IMG/VR virus record: IMGVR_UViG_3300050122_000263
Coordinates: 496,001 to 560,000 of that record
Length of the DNA: 64,000 bases
Direction: 5' to 3' (one strand)
Below the pieces are notes generated by a model. The model searched no databases, had not been told where the DNA came from, and saw only the letters and a program-made list of their open reading frames with translations. Of the stretch, positions 57,125 through 64,000 are shown piece by piece; position 1 is the stretch's first letter; each line of letters opens with the position of its first letter. The position numbers were made by a program, and so were the translations under genes.

Positions 57125-57481
57125 ATGCAACTTGTATTGGATGCTGAGTCATGGCTTTGTCTCTTTGGTATTATGCTGCTACTGAGTAGATTGTCTTTCT
57201 CATCTGTTTTATATAGTTACCTCTTTGCTAGTGCTTGTCTAAGACGATATCGACAATATTCGCGTACTGGTAAAAGCTTGTGTAGTCAACTGCTAGAGTT
57301 CTCCGCCATGACAATTATCTTCTTCAACCTCATCTTCATCAGTCTAGCTAGCCAAGACTATACAATTCATGATGTATTCCAACGTAGTTATCAATACTTC
57401 AGCAGTATTGTGCCAGCTCCTGTTGTGATAGCGGTATATGTAGTGATCGTCTACATCAGCTATCTCTGGGCGGCCCATTGA
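57125..57481 (+). CDS. Small three-TM membrane protein
   Basis: 118 aa, mostly hydrophobic, divergent from DHCR7. Confidence 0.6.
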   Translation: MQLVLDAESWLCLFGIMLLLSRLSFSSVLYSYLFASACLRRYRQYSRTGKSLCSQLLEFSAMTIIFFNLIFISLASQDYTIHDVFQRSYQYFSSIVPAPVVIAVYVVIVYISYLWAAH

Positions 57482-57596
57482 TTTATTCAAATAAAGAGGA
57501 TGAGAGTTACAAGATCTGCCATAACAACCTCTATGATGACAGATTTTATCTGTAAAATGATAGTACACCTCCAGCTAAAATTCTGGGAAATTCACG

Positions 57597-57875
57597 ATGA
57601 ATAAGGGGCAAGAACAGGAACAAGAAGGGAAGCAACAGGTCATTGACCGTCTGAATGAGCATGCCAAGCAGCAGGGTAGTGATAAGACTGTTATCTATAT
57701 GTCTCATGTTAGTCTACCTGAAACAACTACAACATGTGCCAAATGCTCTGCCCCACCGACCCACCTAGCCCACTTCACCGGCAAGGAGAAGAGACTTTGT
57801 GGCGTCTGTGCCCTCAAGTTTCGAATTAAGAATGGTGGCTTACCAGCAGATCTCTGGTTCTGCAGGCCGCTCTAA
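57597..57875 (+). CDS. Small Zn-finger protein
   Basis: CAKC...H...CGVC. Confidence 0.65.
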   Translation: MNKGQEQEQEGKQQVIDRLNEHAKQQGSDKTVIYMSHVSLPETTTTCAKCSAPPTHLAHFTGKEKRLCGVCALKFRIKNGGLPADLWFCRPL

Positions 57876-57904
57876 CCTTGAGCTAAGATTAAGGCTGCTT
57901 ATCG

Positions 57905-57932
57905 TTAAAAACTTATTACAATAAGTTTTTTA
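57905..57932. terminator. Bidirectional 3' hairpin
   Basis: TT-AAAAACTTATT-ac-AATAAGTTTTT-TA. Confidence 0.7.
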
Positions 57933-57955
57933 TTTGAACTAGAGTACATGGCTGA

Positions 57956-59395
57956 TTAATTGTAAGTGTATTTCTCGAGCTTCCAACCGCTAACCAACAG
58001 CTCTGAGCTCTGCAACATGATGTTAGGAAGTGCTATTTTCGGCTCTTCCCGGGGCAGAAATGAGCCATAGATATGAACTGGATTGTTGCGAAGATACGGC
58101 TCATTTTCCTCTTGAGGTAATAGCTGTAAAGTTCCATAATCCCCATCATCGATTCTATATATTTTAGGATCTGGACACCATGATGATGTTACTTGTAATA
58201 TATCACTAGGTCTCTCGATAACTCTTACCCTATTATCCCAACATCGCAGATGGTGGGAGAGAGCCGTACAACCACCAATATTAGGAGGCATCAATTGAGG
58301 TAGAGTACCAACCATAACATATAACGGGCGCTCATGATACTCAGGCTTTTCAGGGAGTGGAAGATTGAGATATGTCACCTGAGCCTCCTCTTCTGCCTTA
58401 CGGACCGACAGGTTACGTATGACTAGCTCTGGTTGATCATCAAGCCAACCAAAGATTATGTTCATATCGAGTTGCACTCTATTGCTCTCCCAGGCGAGAC
58501 GCTGTTCATCATACATGATGCGGACTGGCAACTGACACCATCCATTCCAAAAATTTTGACTTATCTGTTGGCATGTCTTACAAAGACGCCTGAAGCGAGC
58601 AAGCTCGTGTATAGAAAGGTAGCCGAGGATCTCAGCGATGATAGGTTTGAGCAACAACATCCAGAGCTCATTTCGAGCATTCAGTTGATTGCGTAGATAA
58701 TATCTTGCAGTCCATCCCTCAGGCGTAGCTTGGGTATCATTACATGTGAAATTGGGAAGTTGTAGCAATTCTTCAACACATGGGGTAAGATCAGCATGTA
58801 TAACTCGCATGGCAAAACTAGGTACATTGCAAGACCTCCCGGTAAAAAGGGTCTTAATTGGAATAGTTGCATCGATATCCCCTTCTGTATACATTTTCAC
58901 TATCTGAACAGGCTCTGTCTTGGTTATCATCTTTACCACTCTTATTTGATTAACGGTGATAGAGTCGCGAGTTACACGACATTGATGATATGTTTGTATA
59001 AAATCATCAGTTATCACGGTTTCATAGCGCTGTAACCCCGCACGATAGAATTGAGGAAGGGTACCCTCAATGACCGACAGATTATGCGCTTTATCATTGA
59101 AGATGTCCATATTCCAGTAGCGCTTGATAAGCTCCATTTTGTTCGGGCTCCAACCATAGACAAGCAGAGTAGTGTCATAATACAACCAGTTAAAACTGGG
59201 AATTGTGAGCCAATAATAAATGCGGACGGGAAGAATCTGCCATTGCTGCCATAAGGTCTGAGCCTGTTGGCAGAACCATTTACATGTTTTTCTTAGATTA
59301 GCTAGATGGTATGGCCCAAGTTGTGACAGCAGATGTTGAACAGTCTTCTCCTCAAAGTTGGCCCATAACAGAGGAATGATTATCCCTGCGTCCAT
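57956..59395 (-). CDS. Tandemly duplicated F-box-like protein
   Basis: LLSQLGPYHLANLRKTCKWF...WQILPVRIYY and ILGYLSIHELARFRRLCKTC...WCQLPVRIMY. First ATG at 59395. Confidence 0.7.
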   Translation of the reverse strand: MDAGIIIPLLWANFEEKTVQHLLSQLGPYHLANLRKTCKWFCQQAQTLWQQWQILPVRIYYWLTIPSFNWLYYDTTLLVYGWSPNKMELIKRYWNMDIFNDKAHNLSVIEGTLPQFYRAGLQRYETVITDDFIQTYHQCRVTRDSITVNQIRVVKMITKTEPVQIVKMYTEGDIDATIPIKTLFTGRSCNVPSFAMRVIHADLTPCVEELLQLPNFTCNDTQATPEGWTARYYLRNQLNARNELWMLLLKPIIAEILGYLSIHELARFRRLCKTCQQISQNFWNGWCQLPVRIMYDEQRLAWESNRVQLDMNIIFGWLDDQPELVIRNLSVRKAEEEAQVTYLNLPLPEKPEYHERPLYVMVGTLPQLMPPNIGGCTALSHHLRCWDNRVRVIERPSDILQVTSSWCPDPKIYRIDDGDYGTLQLLPQEENEPYLRNNPVHIYGSFLPREEPKIALPNIMLQSSELLVSGWKLEKYTYN

Positions 59396-59555
59396 CACAA
59401 CTTTCACAACACTTCGTTCACAACATGTTAATCATTGTCCTCTACTCAACACATTTATCTACCTACAAATAGAGTCAAACTTAAACAGGAGACTTAATCA
59501 ATCGATACTTCATAACATTACCTATTGCGAAGATACGCCATATATGGTGCATTTT

Positions 59556-60392
59556 TTAGGCTGTCTTGTAAATCTCAACATGATTGGGGAAGGTCACAAA
59601 GATTTGATCCTGGTGTAGAAATACATCCTTCACCTCCTTCTCAAAGGCCAAGGTATATTTGAGTTTGAACCTCAAGTCATGACACTTCAACTGCTTACCA
59701 CTAATCACAAAGATTTGGCCTTGCTCGATTTTGACGCGATCATAAACATCCAAGAACTGGAGCCGGTGCACAAAGATGGGCGATGTCTCTAACTCATAAC
59801 ACCACAAAGAGATGTTATCATAACCGCGATCCTCAAGCGTAAACATCATTCCGCCTGCTAACCAGATACGCCTAGGAATGACTCTCATCTCTTTCAACTC
59901 AATCTTCTTCAGTGGTGTCTTGAGGGTAAAGCAGTCTTCATACTCGGTCTGGTCAAGGGTTAGCTCATAGTCCTCTTTGATGGGGATGGTAGTTTTACGG
60001 GCCATAACCTCATGTTTGTCAGCATAACAGATGAGATGGCCATCGCCCATGTAAGCGAGGCGTGTATCTTGAGTTGAGATCATCAGCGCTTCATCTGAGA
60101 TCATACGCAGCGCATAGCCCGTATCGATGGGAATAGAGATTTCATTGCGGATATTACTTCTGAGATCAAAACAGATCAACTGGTTATCTGCTATATAATG
60201 AATGCCGCCGTCAAAGATAACCCAACCATTAGCGTAATGTGTCGCATAAACTTGCTCACTTCCGCTGGAGCCCGGTACAATGCGAATAAATCGATTTGGT
60301 CCTATACTTCGCTCAATTGTGTAGATTTGCCCATCGATGACGGCGATCACACCGGGACAGGGGAAATTACCCGTCGGTTGAGGTTGCTGCAT
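59556..60392 (-). CDS. Hypothetical beta-propeller-like protein
   Basis: Repeated short beta-strand blocks (LICFDL, LWCYEL, LKCHDL). Confidence 0.55.
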   Translation of the reverse strand: MQQPQPTGNFPCPGVIAVIDGQIYTIERSIGPNRFIRIVPGSSGSEQVYATHYANGWVIFDGGIHYIADNQLICFDLRSNIRNEISIPIDTGYALRMISDEALMISTQDTRLAYMGDGHLICYADKHEVMARKTTIPIKEDYELTLDQTEYEDCFTLKTPLKKIELKEMRVIPRRIWLAGGMMFTLEDRGYDNISLWCYELETSPIFVHRLQFLDVYDRVKIEQGQIFVISGKQLKCHDLRFKLKYTLAFEKEVKDVFLHQDQIFVTFPNHVEIYKTA

Positions 60393-60590
60393 TGCTTTCG
60401 TGGAAATTAGTGGAGTGCTCTGAAATCAGTTCAAATTGCTTGCTTATTGTATTTGGGTCTAGACTGGATCTCCTGTACAAATGATATCTGTGTGATCTGT
60501 ATTATAGAACTGAGGGATTAAATTCTCAAGTCTATAACAATGTCTGTGACAATCCACAGATCAGAATACAGCTCTTATAAAGCTTGAGTC

Positions 60591-60618
60591 AAAACATCTC
60601 ATATGAGATGTTTTTTAA
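60591..60618 (-). terminator. 3' palindrome
   Basis: Perfect 24-bp palindrome AAAACATCTCATATGAGATGTTTT followed by TTAA. Confidence 0.75.
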
Positions 60619-60630
60619 TTTGGTAGCCGG

Positions 60631-62862
60631 CTAAACTGACTCAACCAAAAGCTCCTTGTCGAACTTGCCTAGCTGCAAGTTATTCAGCTTAATCCACTCA
60701 ATGTCAGCGACATCTTCGATTGGCACCACCTCTCCACTTGGCAGCCGCTTACCAAGAGCATATGTTATGCCGTTATCTTGGGCTACAATGAAGCCGTGAC
60801 TTGTCTCCTCAAATAGCCGTTTAGCTGTATTGAACTTCTTGACGTGTAAGCGAGTGGGTTCTAGGGTGGGTGCTCCAGGCACGAAAGTTCCAGCCGTCGG
60901 AGCTGCACCACCCTTGTTCTGGGGTGCAATTTCCATGCCCTTTGCATAAGCGAAGGCCAAGTCCTCGGCTTCAAGTGGCACCAACTTACCGTTCTTCCAC
61001 TTGCCCTTGACTCGCAGCTGGCCAGCCTTGTCATGCTCAACTACCAGTTGTTGTTGCTCTGTGATGAACAGATCGTCATAGGGCTCGTGATCGCGTATAA
61101 CCAGGTCACGAGCTGGATGCTCGAGTGCCCCATAACTAGGCAGAACTGGCGGCAGATAACGTAATCCATGTATGCGACTCCGTGCCATGTCCTCTGGACG
61201 CAGAGACAGGATGTCGCCATCTTCTCCCTTATAGCCAATGACTCGCCAGCCAAATCGGCTAACATGGAGAATCAGACCATCTCCCTCTATCTCATAGAGC
61301 TGAAGCTCCAGATTGAAGGGTCGAAGCAATATGTTGTGAATCTCGGTGCCATGAGCACCCAAGGGCACAGTATCGATATCGCGTAGATTACCTTCCTTGA
61401 TGGTGTTCAGACAAGAGTGGCAGATATAACAGTCACCCTCGCCCATCAAGCCGATGTAGAAGGCCGGATTGCCACAGTGCTCCTTACCCCTCATGTTTCC
61501 GGGGTAAGTGCAAAGTCGCATCTTGTTGACCTCCCAGCCCACTTTGGCAGCCTCGTTATGTTGCACCACTTTCTTATGCAGTACACAATGATCTAGGCCA
61601 GGCATCACAGGTTTCTCACAAGGTTGTCCCTTCTTCGATCCTCGCACGATCACGTAAATACAGCCCGTGTTGATGGGGACAGCTCTCTTCAAGCCATTGT
61701 GCACAACACAGAAGAGTCTATTGCCTGATGCAAGAGGTTTGGCACAATATTGTCCCTTTCCAACACCTCGCTGGAACATATGCTGACACAAGTTCTTGGG
61801 TGGCTCTGGAACCTCATCTTCCACTTCTACCTCAACTTCCTCCTCGAAGTCTTGCTCTCCCGGTTGAGTTTGCTCAGACGGTGATGGGATGAAACTGGGT
61901 GCAAAACCACCCATGACAGATGGAAGTGCTGGAACGAAAGAAGGAGTAAAAGCTGGGGTAGCAACAGGGTCAGGTCTAGAAGACGTCTGATTGCTCAGGA
62001 TAGGCATTTGCATGGTGAATCTCGGTTGATCAACAGTAACAGGCTTCTTGACCGGCCTGACCGGTTGCTTGAGCTTGCCTCCGTATACAGTCACATGATG
62101 TTTGCCACAGTAGCCTAGCCCGTCGGTACGTAGTCTCTCGCAGCGAAGTCCCATACAGGGGCCCTTTGGATATTTGAAGGTACAACGCAATTCTACCGGC
62201 ACAGGCTCCGGTAGCGGCTCAGTCAAGAAAGCAGGTAGAACAACGCCGGGTATCTCTGGCATAGATATGTATCTAGCTACGATTGATCTGGCAAACATCA
62301 CAGCATGCTGCTCGCGCCAGATCTTGCGATGCTCCACGCAATGTAACGACCCATCTACACGGGGCTCTTTGCAGATTCGACTTCTGGACTCCTTCGGAAA
62401 ATCATAGGTGCAGCTCTCCGGGGTATGAGCATCACATCGAACCCTTCCTTGCAATCCTTCCTCACCTGACCAAGTGACTTCACAGAGTCCCTCGGGAGTG
62501 CGCGTGCAGCAACGAGTAGGACACGAGTATTGACGCAGCGGTACGTTGCTCTCAGCTAACAGCTTAGTCACGTACTCGACCCTTTGATCGCGAACCTGCT
62601 TCTTGTGGGGTTTGCAATAGTCTGACTCGAATGCACAGGGCTTATTGCAGGGAAGTTCATTGTCACTGTCGGTGAAGCTGCATCCGATTGGCTCAGTCTC
62701 AACCGGGGCGATGTCAGATACGATCTGGGTGAAAAGCTCTGCCGCATGTTCGGTGCAGGCAAAGTGCTTGCTGCCCTCGATTTGAGAACAACGGTTGTTG
62801 CATTGGCGCCCGGTTGAGAAGCCGCGTTGAAAGATGTACTCACAGAATCCGCTCGTGTTCAT
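60631..62862 (-). CDS. C3H Zn-finger array protein (DUF5763-like) with C-terminal repeated modules
   Basis: About 8 units of C-x-x-(IF)-x-RG-x-x-x-G-x-x-C-x-x-P-x(4-6)-C-x-x-H; three C-terminal (V/I)G(K/Y)....PL..ED modules. Confidence 0.8.
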   Translation of the reverse strand: MNTSGFCEYIFQRGFSTGRQCNNRCSQIEGSKHFACTEHAAELFTQIVSDIAPVETEPIGCSFTDSDNELPCNKPCAFESDYCKPHKKQVRDQRVEYVTKLLAESNVPLRQYSCPTRCCTRTPEGLCEVTWSGEEGLQGRVRCDAHTPESCTYDFPKESRSRICKEPRVDGSLHCVEHRKIWREQHAVMFARSIVARYISMPEIPGVVLPAFLTEPLPEPVPVELRCTFKYPKGPCMGLRCERLRTDGLGYCGKHHVTVYGGKLKQPVRPVKKPVTVDQPRFTMQMPILSNQTSSRPDPVATPAFTPSFVPALPSVMGGFAPSFIPSPSEQTQPGEQDFEEEVEVEVEDEVPEPPKNLCQHMFQRGVGKGQYCAKPLASGNRLFCVVHNGLKRAVPINTGCIYVIVRGSKKGQPCEKPVMPGLDHCVLHKKVVQHNEAAKVGWEVNKMRLCTYPGNMRGKEHCGNPAFYIGLMGEGDCYICHSCLNTIKEGNLRDIDTVPLGAHGTEIHNILLRPFNLELQLYEIEGDGLILHVSRFGWRVIGYKGEDGDILSLRPEDMARSRIHGLRYLPPVLPSYGALEHPARDLVIRDHEPYDDLFITEQQQLVVEHDKAGQLRVKGKWKNGKLVPLEAEDLAFAYAKGMEIAPQNKGGAAPTAGTFVPGAPTLEPTRLHVKKFNTAKRLFEETSHGFIVAQDNGITYALGKRLPSGEVVPIEDVADIEWIKLNNLQLGKFDKELLVESV

Positions 62863-63246
62863 TGTTTTGTCTTGATTTGATACATGTTTTCAGGATTGTT
62901 GGGATTTCAAATCGCGTCCACAGCTCTTAATTTTCTCTGTTTAAATCGCTACACGTAGTGATGAGATTTGCAGCGAGTGTCTCTAATAATCTATCAACTC
63001 TGTTGGACAGAGTATGAGATGAGAACCTATGTTATGACATATCTCCCAGATGCTTCCTAAGAATCTCTTGTTAAATAAGTCCTATAGTAGGGAACACAGT
63101 CAAAGATAGAGTTATTATATCCCTGATGCCTAGAATAATAAAGTAACTAAAACCAAACATCTAAATCTTAGCATTAGATCCTCAAGACTCTGTCGCATGA
63201 TGAAATAAGCTTCATCACAAAGCAGCATATCTATAAGGCTCAAGTC

Positions 63247-63275
63247 AAAATACCTTGTGTAAGGTATTTTTTTAA
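63247..63275 (-). terminator. 3' hairpin homologous to 60591-60618
   Basis: AAAATACCTT-gtgt-AAGGTATTTT followed by TTTAA. Confidence 0.75.
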
Positions 63276-63295
63276 TTAGTCACCACTGACTGCGG

Positions 63296-64000
63296 CTAGT
63301 CAAATCGCTTCTTGTCGAACTTGACCAATAATATGTTGTGCTGCTTAATCCACTTGATGTCCTCAGAATCCTCAATTGGCACCACAACATTGGACAGCTT
63401 CTTGCCAACTGCAAGTGTTGAGTTAGCTCCCTGAGTCACAATGATATCGCGCTCAGTGGTTAAGAACAGTCCTCTCGCCACGTCGAACTTCGTGACTTGC
63501 AAGCTTCTTACGTGGGGCTCATCGCATCTGGATATCTGAGGAGTGGGGCCAGGAACGAAGGGTATCTGAGATACAGGTGGAATTAAGGCTGGCATTGAAG
63601 GTGATGTGGATCTGATCTGAGGAATGAATGTTAGTAGGCCAGGTACAGGCCTGACATGAGCTGCGATCTCCAGTCCATTCTTATAGGCGAAGGCCAAATC
63701 GTCCTTGTCTAAGGGTTCAACATCCACGTCTACCAGCTTGCCTATCACACGTGGCTGATTGGGCTTGCTGTGTTCAACCAGTAGGTTGTGTTCCTCAGTC
63801 AGGAATAGACTATCTACGGGCTCGTATAATTGCACATCAACTGAGCCGGCTGGATGATCAACAGCGCCGTAACTGGGCTCAATCGGACGCAGAAAAGATA
63901 AGAATAGCTCACTGGCTTGCACGACATCCTCCTCACGCAGAGGCAGGATGGCATCTGTTTCTCCCTTACGTCCAATGACCTTGGGTCTATCATGGTTCAT
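63296..64000 (-). CDS. Paralog of 60631-62862, C-terminal part; probably 5' truncated by window
   Basis: VIGKLVDVDVEPLDKDDLAFAYKNGLEIA versus VKGKWKNGKLVPLEAEDLAFAYAKGMEIA; VPIEDSEDIKWIK versus VPIEDVADIEWIK. Confidence 0.8.
   Translation of the reverse strand: MNHDRPKVIGRKGETDAILPLREEDVVQASELFLSFLRPIEPSYGAVDHPAGSVDVQLYEPVDSLFLTEEHNLLVEHSKPNQPRVIGKLVDVDVEPLDKDDLAFAYKNGLEIAAHVRPVPGLLTFIPQIRSTSPSMPALIPPVSQIPFVPGPTPQISRCDEPHVRSLQVTKFDVARGLFLTTERDIIVTQGANSTLAVGKKLSNVVVPIEDSEDIKWIKQHNILLVKFDKKRFD

Noticed and set aside
62994-63005. 12-bp match to the 39363 hairpin (TCAACTCTGTTG)
   Set aside because: Too short to exclude chance in 64 kb.
1-64000. Bacterial/phage or cellular eukaryotic origin; numerous 60-130 aa overlapping ORFs in the track
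   Set aside because: No Shine-Dalgarno pattern or operons, no introns, and eukaryotic-type domains at viral gene density point to an NCLDV. The short ORFs lie inside or antisense to better-supported genes.

Overview
This is a gene-dense, intron-free stretch of a large eukaryotic DNA virus genome (Nucleocytoviricota). It is probably pithovirus/marseillevirus-like (Pimascovirales), but that is inferred from gene families only, because no core marker gene (MCP, PolB, RNAP, A32) lies in the window. There are about 63 plausible CDSs. Recognisable products are a collagen-like fibre, F-box proteins, four degenerate HNH_3-type proteins, DUF305, an Mrr-like PD-(D/E)xK nuclease, a MORN-variant protein, two kinases, a class I methyltransferase, a full-length syntaxin, a BCS1-like AAA ATPase, a DnaJ-type Zn finger, vWA, a GH130-like propeller, NYN/PIN-like and NTase-like paralogs, a SAM-domain protein and a C3H Zn-finger array. 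Main points of interest: (1) a compact membrane/sterol locus at 51-57.5 kb (short P450-like protein, two CRT-like transporters, a His-rich membrane protein and a clear DHCR7); (2) two stand-alone homologs of the MTHFR SAM-binding regulatory domain; (3) a three-copy family with ADP-ribosyltransferase-like motifs; (4) a selfish-DNA-like patch at 4.4-7.7 kb with alternating HNH genes and inverted repeats; (5) a window-wide 3' signal (TAAAAA plus hairpin) that shows compensatory base changes between paralogs. All family calls come from motif recognition by eye; no searches were run. No rRNA, tRNA or CRISPR array was seen.
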